64,000 nt of DNA from Coraliomargarita sp. GTDB lineage: Bacteria > Verrucomicrobiota > Verrucomicrobiia > Opitutales > Coraliomargaritaceae. The notes beneath the pieces were generated by a model. It saw nothing but the letters and a program-made list of their open reading frames with translations. It was not told the origin of the DNA and searched no databases. The position numbers and the translations under genes were made by a program. The stretch's first letter is position 1; each line of letters opens with the position of its first letter. Positions 48,451-60,300 of this stretch are shown here, piece after piece. Location of the stretch: the NCBI GenBank assembly GCA_965216325.1, contig OZ244160.1, forward strand, positions 2,336,001-2,400,000, read 5' to 3'.

Positions 48451-51263
48451 AACATTTCTTGAAGCGAAATCTTTGCCTTTGCTCGCTCGCGTGTTGCCTT
48501 TTGCAAGGGCTTGTTGCCGAGCATCGAACCACGCTTGCGCAGCCGCGCGATGACTGGTGGTTGCAACGCCATGAGGCGAAGTTGCAAGAAGTCGCCGCAG
48601 GTGCAGATGAGATCGACCTTGTGTTTGTCGGTGATTCGATAACGCATTTCATGGATGATAGCGCGCCGGGCTTAGTCGCAGAGACTTTCCCGGGAATGAC
48701 TCACTTGAACTTGGGGTATAGCGCCGATCGCACAGAGAATGTGCTCTGGCGTTTGCAGAATGGTGAACTGGACGGGCTGACTCCGAAACTTGTGGTGCTG
48801 ATGATTGGCACCAACAACACCGGTCACCGCCGAGACCCTGCAGCTGAAACAGTCGGCGGCATCCGGCTGATTGTTGATGAACTCCGGCAACAACTGCCTG
48901 GCACTAAGGTGCTCCTGCTCTCGATCTTTCCTCGGGGCGAGAGTGCAAACGATCCGTTGCGGAAACTCAATGAGCAGATCAATGCGCAGCTGCCGCGACT
49001 GGCTGATGGTCAGACCGTTTTTCATCTGAACATCAATGATGCCTTCCTCGATGCAGAGGGCCGTTTACCCAAAGAGGTGATGCCTGATCTGCTCCATCCA
49101 AACAAAGCGGGCTACGAAATTTGGTTGGCTGAGATTCAGCCGAAGGTGCAGGAGATTTTGGCGAGGCAGCAATTGCCGAGCCCGCCAGAGATCTGGGATG
49201 CCTATGATCCGGATGCAGGCGACTACAAGGAAGAGATTGTCCGAGAAGAAGTTCGTGATGGGATCTATTACCGAGATGCTTACATCAGTGCCTATATGCT
49301 GGGTGAGGAGATTCGGGTGTTTTGTAAGTATGCGGTGAAAGAGGGTGCGGTGAATGCACCGGGGCTGATGGATGTGCACGGCTGGATGTCGACCGCGAGC
49401 CCCTCGGCGGATTATGTTGCCGACGGTTGGGCGGTGATGGCGCACGACTATTGCGGTAAGGCTGGAAACCGAGTCGATTACACGCGTTACCCCGAGTCTT
49501 TGCGCCATGGAAACATGGATCGCGAGCTGGGGCCACCGCTCTGGTCACATGATAAGAACCGTGACTCGATTTCCGATTACAAGGAGACTTCCGATTACAT
49601 TTGGTATGCCATTCAACGACGTGTCTTGAGCTATCTACTTGACCAGAAGGAGGTCGATTCCAGTCGTATAGGAGCCAAAGGCTATTCTTATGGTGGCACG
49701 ATCATGTGGAACCTTGCAATGGATGAACGCGTGAAGGCGGTGGTTGCGTATTTTGGGATTGGTTGGAACGAATACTACCGGAGCAAGCACGTATGGATGT
49801 ATAATAATCCCTACCAAGCACCGGAGATGAGCCCAGGAGAGCAACTCTATCTTTCCGCGATCGCACCGCAGGCACATGCCCCATATATTCGCGCGGCAAG
49901 TCTCTGGTTGAACGGATCGAATGATCATCACGGTGGGCATGAGCGTGGCGCTGAAACCTTTAAAATGTTTCAGGAGGACGTTCCTTGGGATTTCGCGCAT
50001 CAGGCACGCGGGCATCATAATACCGAGAAGTTGGGCGATGATTGTAAGCTCTGGCTTGAAAAGCACGTGCTTGGAAAAGATCAATTTTGGCCGGAGCGTC
50101 CGCAGAGTGGTATTCGCTTGTCGAAGGAAGGTGTGCCGGAATTCTGGATACAACCTGATTCACCAGAAATGATTGAGTCGCTCAACATATATTACGCGCA
50201 GAAAAGTGCGGTCAGTTTCGCGCGCGCTTGGCGTGATGCTGAAGCCGTTCGGCAAGGAGATATGTGGACTGCGCAGTTACCAGTGCTGAACGTCGATGAT
50301 TATGTATTTGGGTTTTCAAATGTCCGCTATGCGGGCGACATCGTAGTTTCCTCGGACTTCGAAGCCGTCATTCCTGCCGCGCTTGGCAATGCAGTGGCTA
50401 CGGATCAGCCATCGAATCAGTTGTCGGAGGGCACGGGACTGTGGAGCGGTGTCGCTCCTGCCGAAGGGGTCGGTGGCATCAAGGGCTTTCGAGTGATTAA
50501 TCAACATCGTGGCACCACAAACGAACAGTTCAATGATCCGAAATGGGCGGCTCCTGAGAATGCAAAGCTGGCGTTTAAGTTCTATTGCACTCAGCCGCAG
50601 ACAGTCCTTGTGGTGGTCAATGGTCAGTATCAGCAAGAGCTAGAAATTACCGCATCAAATGAATGGCAGCGCATGGAGTTATCTGCAGCAGGCCTGATCA
50701 ATAAGCACACTGAGCAAGCGATGGCGATTTGGTCAGGCACCAAGAGTGTTTCCATTAAGCCAGTCGAGGGGGCTGATATTACCCAGATTATTTTTGCCGA
50801 TTTTGAATGGTCGGCTCCGGTGAAGGCGCTCACGACTCCTTTGGAGGACGGAAAACTGTATCTCACCGAATCGATCGCAGATGAAGTGGATAGTTTTTGG
50901 CGTGTGATGCAGGATCGCTCCGTATCCGGTGAGCCACTACGCATTGGTGGCGTGGAATATGCACGTGGACTAGGAGTGCATGCGGACTCAACACTGACCT
51001 ATCGTCTCGATGGCCAGTTCTCGGCCTTTCACGTTGTGCCCGGTCCGGATGATGCGCACCGTGGGCAGCTGGAGATGGTCATCCTTGTGGACGATACGGA
51101 AGTGTATCGATCCGGGGCTGTCAGTTCTCGAACAATTGGTGAGCCCAAGGCTTTGCAAATACCTGTTTCTGGAGCCCAAGAACTGAGCCTACGTGTTGAG
51201 TCCTCCGATGGCAATAATGGTGGTGATCATGCGAATTGGGCGGATGCGCACTTGATAAAATAA
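48447..51263 (+). CDS. Multidomain carbohydrate esterase: SGNH + alpha/beta-hydrolase + CBM-like + NPCBM
   Basis: GDSIT..DLLHP; GYSYGG nucleophile elbow; C-terminal RGLGVHADS..GDHANWADA (NPCBM/NEW2). Overlaps the upstream stop by 4 bp. Confidence 0.8.
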   Translation: MKHFLKRNLCLCSLACCLLQGLVAEHRTTLAQPRDDWWLQRHEAKLQEVAAGADEIDLVFVGDSITHFMDDSAPGLVAETFPGMTHLNLGYSADRTENVLWRLQNGELDGLTPKLVVLMIGTNNTGHRRDPAAETVGGIRLIVDELRQQLPGTKVLLLSIFPRGESANDPLRKLNEQINAQLPRLADGQTVFHLNINDAFLDAEGRLPKEVMPDLLHPNKAGYEIWLAEIQPKVQEILARQQLPSPPEIWDAYDPDAGDYKEEIVREEVRDGIYYRDAYISAYMLGEEIRVFCKYAVKEGAVNAPGLMDVHGWMSTASPSADYVADGWAVMAHDYCGKAGNRVDYTRYPESLRHGNMDRELGPPLWSHDKNRDSISDYKETSDYIWYAIQRRVLSYLLDQKEVDSSRIGAKGYSYGGTIMWNLAMDERVKAVVAYFGIGWNEYYRSKHVWMYNNPYQAPEMSPGEQLYLSAIAPQAHAPYIRAASLWLNGSNDHHGGHERGAETFKMFQEDVPWDFAHQARGHHNTEKLGDDCKLWLEKHVLGKDQFWPERPQSGIRLSKEGVPEFWIQPDSPEMIESLNIYYAQKSAVSFARAWRDAEAVRQGDMWTAQLPVLNVDDYVFGFSNVRYAGDIVVSSDFEAVIPAALGNAVATDQPSNQLSEGTGLWSGVAPAEGVGGIKGFRVINQHRGTTNEQFNDPKWAAPENAKLAFKFYCTQPQTVLVVVNGQYQQELEITASNEWQRMELSAAGLINKHTEQAMAIWSGTKSVSIKPVEGADITQIIFADFEWSAPVKALTTPLEDGKLYLTESIADEVDSFWRVMQDRSVSGEPLRIGGVEYARGLGVHADSTLTYRLDGQFSAFHVVPGPDDAHRGQLEMVILVDDTEVYRSGAVSSRTIGEPKALQIPVSGAQELSLRVESSDGNNGGDHANWADAHLIK

Positions 51264-51386
51264 CGTTAGGTTAGGTGTGGATGGATTGAGTGTCCATGTG
51301 CCAAAGTAGTTTATTGGGAATGGTTTAGTTGCATCGCTCATACGTGCGATATTCAAGATGGATTTTTGAGTGTATGGTATATGCTC

Positions 51387-54300
51387 ATGAAACTACCCCT
51401 GATTAACCTGAGTAAGGCTCTCAGTGTCTGTGCACTGCTTGCCTTGTCCTTGCAAACGCTTGCCCATGCGGCAGGCATTAACGTCTCGCTGGTGCAGAGT
51501 AATCACGGCACCTCTGGCAGCACCCCGATTGATCTGACCGCCGAAGGCGATATGGATTGGGGTGTTTTTGCGAATAGCACTTTAAGTCCGAGCACGCGTA
51601 TGAGCGGCGGTTCCGGACTTGCGAGTATCGCTTACCTCGGTGGTTCTGCCGATGCGTTCTATAATTTCTATTCGCAGAATAGCTACAACTGGACGAACGG
51701 GAACTCGCCGCCGACCGGTAGCAACAACCTGACAACCAATGCCAACATGACATCGGACGGTGACGGTCTGCGGATGTCATTTAACGTCGCCACACCCGGC
51801 ACCTATCGACTCAAGTTTTACGCGACCACTTCCGCGACCAATTTGCGTGCTACGGCAACGCTGAGCTCTGGGAACGTCAGCGATTCCGCTACCGGCACTG
51901 TGCCAGGCGGACTTGAGAAATACGAATTCACCGTGGATTTCACCGCGGACACAAGCGACACGCTTACCCTCGACGTCGCGAAGGATGGCGGCCAATCGAT
52001 TCTTGCCTACGAAGCCTTTTCCCTTTCTGCAGTCGATGTCACTCCGGTGCCGAACTTGAATGTCGATTCGAGTTTCACCTTTGAAAACGCATCGACTCCA
52101 GAGTCGTTCCAAATTCCCTATAGCAACAACGGTCAGCAGCCGCTTTCGATTTCGTCGGTCAACCTCGGTGGTGCCGATGCCCAATACTTTACGGTCAACT
52201 CCTATGCGTCATCCCTTGCAGTGGGTGCCAATGGCACGCTTGCACTGAACTTCAACCCATCGGGCGATCGCATCTATAACGCGACGCTGACGATTGCCTC
52301 CAATGACTCCGATTCACCGTCGACGGTGGTGAACATTTCGGTGAATTCCGGTAATGTCTCGCAGGAAATCGATATCTTCATTCTCGCTGGTCAGTCGAAC
52401 GCGAATGGCCAAGGCATGGTCAATAGCTTGACCCCGCAACAAGCCGGTCCGCACGACGCATTGATCTACACATCATGGCACACGCGCGCGGGCGATGCCT
52501 ATACCGATCAAAATCATTCGGGTTGGTTGGACGAGATCCTTGCAGGGGAAACCCGTTCCGACTGGCATACCAGTGTGAACTTTGGAGGCTCCCCTTGGTT
52601 TGGTCCGGAAGTTGGTTTTGTGGCACGTGCGAATGCGATTAACCTCACCAATGGCCGGCAGATTGCGATTATCAAGTATGCGGTCGACGGGTCGAATCTG
52701 AATCTGTGGCAGCCCGGCGGTATCTGCTGGAGCGGCTTAACAAATACACTCAACCTTGCAGTCGCTGGTCTCGAAAGCGAAGGCTACACGCCGAACTTCG
52801 CCGGTATGATCTGGTGGCAAGGCGAGAACGGCACCACGGTCGGCGGCTTGAATGGCTTCATTGGCCATGTGCGTAACCATTTGGCGAATACATTTGGTCT
52901 GCAGGATTCCGCGAACTTCCCGGTTGTCATTACGGGGAATGACGCGTGGGGCGCTGGTTTGAAGACCGGAGTCGCCGACAATGATGACGATGTCGAGTTC
53001 GTGAACTCTTACGAATACGGGCAGAACGTGATTGTCCACGTGGGCAGCAACGAAGGCCCGAACGATGTCACTGGCAACGGTGTGAACGACATGTATGACA
53101 TCGGTGAGGCTTATGCGGATCAACTGGCTTTGATCTTTGAGCCGAGCGAAGCGACGCCGCCTCCGACGGGTGGCGGTGACATTGTGGATGTCTTTATCGC
53201 GACCGGTCAGTCGAATGCGGTCTATCCGATGGATAACCAGTATGGATTTGGTCGCGGCATTCAGGATGCGCTGACCGCGTCCGGTCAGTTCTCAAATCCG
53301 ACGGTTGTCATGGACGGTGATGGCGGTCGTCCGATTGCGTATTGGTGGGCAGAGTTCTGGCCCGGTCCTTACACCGGCTACGACGACGATTTCTTTGACA
53401 CCAATGGAAGCGGCACCGGTAAACTGGAAGCGAAGCTCAATGAGATCATCGCCAATGGTGACACGCCACGTTTCCGCGGTGTCTTCTGGTGGCAGGGCGA
53501 GAGTGATGGTCTCGGTCCCTACGCAGACGCCAATACCTCACAGGCTGATTACGAGACCCGTTGGAACGGACTGCTTGCACAGCTGGATGCCGACCTTCAA
53601 GCAGCTGGTGTCAGCAGCAACGACTATAAGTTCGTCGTGAATACCGTCGCCGAGTCCGGCGATCAGATTAACAACATCCTGACTGCCATTGCGAATGGCG
53701 ATTCACGCGGTGCCATCTACGATGCACTCAACTCTCCATACCACGATCAGAACATCATCGTGGAGCCGAGCTACGGCAACCTGCATGACTACAACCACTT
53801 TGCAGTCGGGCAGGCGAACGTGCAGCTCTTTATCGACAGCTTCCTCGGCAACAGCGCGACTTACACCATAACCTTCATCAATGTCGATGGCTCGGTCACG
53901 ACCCAGACAGTCAACGAAGGTGTTGTGGCGACGCCACCAGCAGGGGTGAATACTGCAGACAAGACCTTCACTGCTTGGCCGACCGTGGTGCCTGCAACTG
54001 CGGATGCTACCTATACTGCGGAGTATACGCAAAACGGCGGAGGTGGCGACATCGTGGATGTCTTCATCGCAACCGGTCAGTCCAATGCCGCTTGGCCATG
54101 GGATAGTGTGAATCAAGTTGGCACCTTCCAATTTGGTGCAGGCGTGCAGGCTGCGTTGACTGCATCCGGACGCTTCTCGAACCCCACTGTGGTTCGCCAG
54201 GGCGAGCCAGGTATGGCGATCGAGAATTGGTTCAAGGATGGCGCGCCACAATGGGCCTATGGCAAAAACTTCTTCGGCACCTACCAAGGGGTGACTGCAG

Positions 54301-57300
54301 CACTTGAAGCCAAGATCGCCGAGATCGAGGCGGCGGGTAACACACCGCGCTTCCGAGGTGTCTTCTGGTTCCAAGGGGAAGCCGATGGTGTGGGAACCGC
54401 GCAACAGCTCAACACACCTGAGTCGGTCTACACCGAACGTTGGAATGGCTTGTTGAGTCAACTCACCTCCGATGTGGGGACGGGTGACTACTTCTTCGTC
54501 ATGAACACGGTCGGTAACTCTGGAAATTACATCAACAGTATCCTGACCAACATCACCAACGCGAATCCACGGGGTGCGCTCTTTAACACTCAGGTGGTTC
54601 CTTACCGCACGAACTTCCAGGATATCCACGGCTACGATCACTATGCAGTGGGCGAGGCGAATGTGCAGCTGTTCATCACGAACTTTGTGGACAACAATCC
54701 AGTGGGTGGGCCTTACACGATTACCTTCGTGAACGTGGATGACTCGATCACCACACAGGTCGTGAACGATGGCGTGATTCCGACCCCACCTCCGGGTGTC
54801 AATACGGCCAACCGCACCTTTACTGGATGGCCAACGATTGCAGTTGCTACGGAAGATGCGACTTACACTGCACTCTACACCAATTCAGGTAATGGTGCAT
54901 CCAGCATCGATGTCTCGCTGGCGCAAAGTGCACATGCGGGCTCTGCGACGACCGTTGACCTTACCGCAGAGGGTGCACTCGACTGGGGTGTCTTCTCCAA
55001 TAGCCCCTTGGCTCCAAGCACTCGCATGAGTGGTGGCGCAGGCTACACGGGGATGTCCTACATCGGTGGTTCGACTGAATCCTTCTATAACTTCTACTCG
55101 CAGAACAACTATAGCTGGACCAACGGCTCTCCAGATGCGACGGGCAGCAACAACCTCACCAGTAACGCCGACTTCGGCGCAAATGGCGATGGTGTTCGCC
55201 TGACCTTCAATGTGGATGCTGCTGGCACGTATCAGGTGAAGTTCTATGCAACCACATCGGATACCAATCTGTCCGCAACCGCATCGCTGCAAAACGGTAG
55301 TGTTTCAGACCTCGTGGACGGAACTCTCGAGACTGGGCTACAACGCTACGAATACACCGTGGAGTTCACCACCGATGGTGCCGACACACTGACGCTCGAT
55401 ATTGTGAAGTCCGGCGGAAGTGTGATCTTTGCCTACGAAGCCTATTCCTTTGCAGCGGTCACCTCCGATACACCTGCAAGCCTTGCGATTAGTTCGGAAG
55501 TTGAACTCTACAATGAAGTGTCCACGGAGACCTATCTGATTGACTTCAGTAACGATGGCCTCGGTGACGCATTGACCGTTTCTTCGGTGACACTAGGTGG
55601 TGCCGATGCAGCTTACTTTACAGTCGATTCATTCACGACACCAGTCGCTCAAGGTGAGGCCGGTGATATTGAACTTAGCTTCAATCCAACTGATGGTGAG
55701 CGCACATACGATGTGACCCTGACGATTGTCTCCAACGATCCGGAGTCTTCTTCGACTGTCGTCGATGTGATAGTTGATTCCGCAAGCCTCCGTCTTGGTA
55801 AGATTATCTGTATTGGAGATTCCATTACAGAAGGCTGGGCAGAGCGTCCGGCAGGAGACGGCAACTGGTCCTGGCGCTATGCGTTCTGGAAGCATCTGGT
55901 TGATCATAATGTGAGCCATGAATTTGTAGGCACACGCACGGGTAACTATCACCTGTCGCAGTCCGACGCAGTTTCAGTCTATCCCGACTATGCGGGTGAG
56001 TCCTTTGTCAATCGCCACGAAGCGATCTGGGGCCTCACCGCACTGGAGCGTGGCGACAGCGCACCGACCTATCTGGCTGCACTCAAGGATCTCGGCGAAA
56101 CGCCGGACACAGCGGTGGTCTTCCTTGGCGGCAATGATATCGGCTGGGACAGCTCAGTAACTGCGGAAACCGTTCGCGATCGCATCAAGGTGATCGTCGA
56201 CAACCTACAGGGAGACCTCGGCGATAGCGGCAATCCAGATATCCGCATCCTGCTTGTTTCAATTCTGCCGCGCTTCACACTGGATGGTGGCGGAGCCTAT
56301 ACGGTTCCGGTTGCGGAGAATACACACTACGCGGCGATTAACAGCTTGCTGCAGACACTTGCCACAGACGAAGCAACAGCGAGCTCCGAGGTGACCTACC
56401 TCGATCTGGCTACCAGTTTTAACAGTGCGAGCAATGTCTTCTACGATGGCGTGCACCCGAATGGCGCCGGCGAACAAATGGAGGCTGATGCGATCTTTGG
56501 CGCGCTCGTGGATGTGGCCAGCAGCTATACCATTACCTTCATCAATGTGGATGGCTCGCAAACCGTCCAGACCGTGGGTGAGGGCGAAGTCGCAACAGCA
56601 CCTCCGGGTGTCAACACTGCCGACCGCACCTTTACCGCATGGCCGACAATTGTTCCAGCAACCGCTGATGCAACCTACACGGCGCAGTATACGATCAATG
56701 TCTCCGCGAGCATCAGTGTTTCGCTGACACAAAGCGCAAGCGGTGGTCAGGGTTCGTCAGCAGTGGATCTCACTGCCGATGGTGGCCTAGATTGGGGCGC
56801 TTGGAATGGTGAGCTGACCGTTCCCGGCGAGACCATGGCAGGCGGCTACGGCCTCACGAGCCTGACTGCGATCGGTGCGACCAGTTTCGATGGTGGCTTC
56901 TTCAACGGTCAGAACAACTACAGCTGGTCCAATGGTAGCCCGACAACTGTGGGTAGCACGACGCTGGCCGGTAATGGAACAATCGCTGCACAAGGTGATG
57001 GCGTGCGCCTGACGGTGAACGTCGCAGCATCCGGTTCTTATCAGTTGAAATTCTATACCACGACTTACGATGTGAATTTGAATGCAACTGCAAGCCTCGC
57101 ATCCGGCGGTGTCTCCGATACCGTTGCTGGTAGCTATGTGGTCAACGGCACGGAGAAGTATGTATACACCGTGGACTTTACCACTGCAGGGCCGGACACA
57201 CTCTCACTCGACTTGGTAAAGAGTGGAGGTGCCAACGCGATTTTTGCTTATGAAGCATTCTCTCTGAAGTCCACTGACGGCGGCAATCCGCAGCCGACTA

Positions 57301-60300
57301 CCTATGAGATTACCTTCATCAATGTCGACGGCAGCCAAACGACTCAGACGGTCAATGCCGGTCAGGTCGCGACACCACCACCAGGTGTCAACACCGCTGA
57401 CAAGACCTTCACCGCGTGGCCAACAGTTGCGCCTGCGAATGCGGATGCGACCTACACCGCGCTCTATGAGGATGTGGTCAACACTTACGAAATTACCTTT
57501 ATCAATGTCGATGGCTCACAAAACACGCAGACGGTTGACGAGGGTGAGGTGGCAACTCCGCCGCCAGGTGTGAGCACTGCCGATAAGACCTTCACGGGGT
57601 GGCCGACGGTTGCGCCTGCGACCGCAGATGCGACTTACACGGCGCTCTACGAGGCTGTCGTGAACACTTACGAGATTACCTTTATCAATGTCGACGGCTC
57701 ACAAAGCTCTCAGACAGTCGATGAAGGTCAGGTTGCGACGCCACCGCCTGGCGTGAACGATGGGGACAAGATCTTCACTGATTGGCCGACAATTGCGCCT
57801 GCATCTGAAGACGCGACCTACACCGCCAACTATCAGGTGAATGTGGGTGCAGTTAACATCACATGGGACGGCGGCGCTGCCGATAACCTGTGGACCTCCG
57901 CTGCCAACTGGGATAGCGACCTGCTTCCAGTGAACGGCGATATCATCGCGATTGCGAATGGCGATACCGTTGATATCCCAGCCAACGATTGGTCGCTGGC
58001 TGGCGGCATCACCGTCAATGTTGCGGGCAACTCACAGATCACGAATAGCAGTGCGGCCGCTCGCCTCTACGGTGCGATGGTTTTTAACTTCGCAGCAGGC
58101 AGCGGTCTGTCCGGTGCATACATCGATCTCTATGATGGCACGCTGAACTTTGACGATGGCGCGACCTTTACGCCAAATAACATTCAGCATCGCGGCACGA
58201 CCACCTACGGACTCACGCTCTCGAGCACTGGTTTCACGACTCTGCTGCCTGGCACCTTGCATGATGCGGGTAACGAGGACTGGTCGGATGTGACCTTCAA
58301 TCTGGATGTCTCCAACTACGACACGGCCAATGGCCTCGTCGTTGAGTTGATCGACTATGCCGGTCACGCTGCGGCCTATGATGGCAGCTTCTCTCCAATC
58401 GTGAACGTGGAGGCGGGTGCATCCGGTCTGACCGGTGAGCTGAGCTTCGACACCGCGAGCTCGAAGGTGATCTACACCTTCGATACCACCTACGTGATTA
58501 CCTTCATCAACGTCGATGGTTCGCAAACCACGCAGACCGTTGTGCAAGGTGAGGTCGCTCAGCCACCAGCTGGTGTGAACTTCGGCGACCGCATCTTCGA
58601 TGGCTGGCCAACGGTTGCGCCAGCGAGCGCAGACGCCACTTACACGGCCAACTATCAAGTCGATGTTGGCGCGGTTGACCGCACATGGTCCGGTGGCGCA
58701 GGCGATAACCTTTGGACGACTGCGGCCAACTGGAGTGGCGGTATCGTGCCTGCGAACGGCGACGTGATCGCAGTCGCAAATGGCGGCACCATCGACATGC
58801 CGGCCAACGACTGGTCTCTGCCAACCGGCATTACGGTCAATGTCGCGGGTAACTCGCAGATCGATAACAGCAGTGCAGCTGCTCGCTTGTATGGTGCGAT
58901 GACCTTCAACTTCGCAGCGGGCAGTGGTCTGTCCGGTGCGTGGATCGATCTGGAAGGCGGCACGCTGAACTTCGAGGATGGTGCGACTTTTACTGCAAAC
59001 AATATTCAGCATCGTGGCACGACCACGTATGGCATCACGCTGTCCAACACCGGTTTCGCGACGCTGACTCCGGGAGCACTGCATAGCGGTGTCGATGAAG
59101 ACTGGTCCGATGTGACCTTCAACATTGATGCGTCCAACTATGACACCGCGAATGGCATGGTCCTCGAGTTGATTGACTTCGCAAGTCATGGCGCTGCCTA
59201 CGATGCGAACTTCAATCCGATCGTGAATCTCATTGACGGCGGTTCGGGTCTGACAGGTGTCTTGTTCTTCGATACCGCAAGTTCGAAAGTCATCTACACC
59301 TTCGATACCAAGTATGACATTACCTTCATCAATGTGGATGGTAGCCAGACGACTCAGACTGTGCTCGAAGGTGAAGTCGCAACACCACCAGCGGGTGTTG
59401 ACTTCGGTAACCGCTTCTTTACTGGATGGCCAAGCATTGCTCCGGCTACTGCGGATGCGACCTACACGGCAAACGACTACGAAGTCGTAGGTGGTGTGGA
59501 TAGCAGCTGGAGCGGTGGTGCAGGGGATGACCTCTGGACGACAGCGTCCAACTGGAGTGGGGCTGTCTTACCGGCAAGTGGTTCGACCATCGTGATCGCA
59601 CATGGCGGCACCGTGGACATCCCAGCCAACGACTGGTCACTTCCAAGCGGTATCACGGTGCATGTGATCGCGAACTCGCAGATCGGTAATAGCACTGCAG
59701 CTGCCCGCTTGTATGGAGCGATGAGCTTCAACTTCGCATCCGGTAGCGGCCTGTCCGGTGCGTGGATCGATCTGCAGGATGGCACGCTGTACTTCGAGGA
59801 TGGCGCGACCTTTACTGCAAATAACATTCAGCATCGTGGCACCACTACCTACGGACTCACACTTTCCGAAACTGGTTTCACCACGCTCACTCCGGGCAAC
59901 TTGTATAACGGAGTCGACGAAGACTGGTCGGATGTGACCTTCAATCTGGACGTCTCGGATTACGATCCAGCCAATGGCCTGACTATTGATTTGATCGATT
60001 ACTCCAGCCATGCGGCAGCCTATGGTGGCAGCTTCAATCCGACACTGAACCTCATCGATAACGGTAACGGACTCTCGGGTGCGCTGGTGTTCGATGCGGC
60101 GACATCCACGGTCTCCTTTGTGATCGATTACTACGTCGGTGCGGATGGCAGCAGCTTCCACTATGTGCTCGCACCATCTGGCTATGTCCCGATTCAAGAA
60201 GGGCAGCTTGCCAGCGGTGGCGGCACCTGGGCGGATGTCAGCTTCACGGTCGATATCTCGAACTACGATTACCAAGGCGATGTCTCGCTCGTGCTGTCGG

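Noticed and set aside
57300..57835. Regularly spaced repeats of about 180 bp suggesting a CRISPR-like array
   Set aside because: They are in-frame protein domain repeats with synonymous divergence, no unique spacers and no cas genes.
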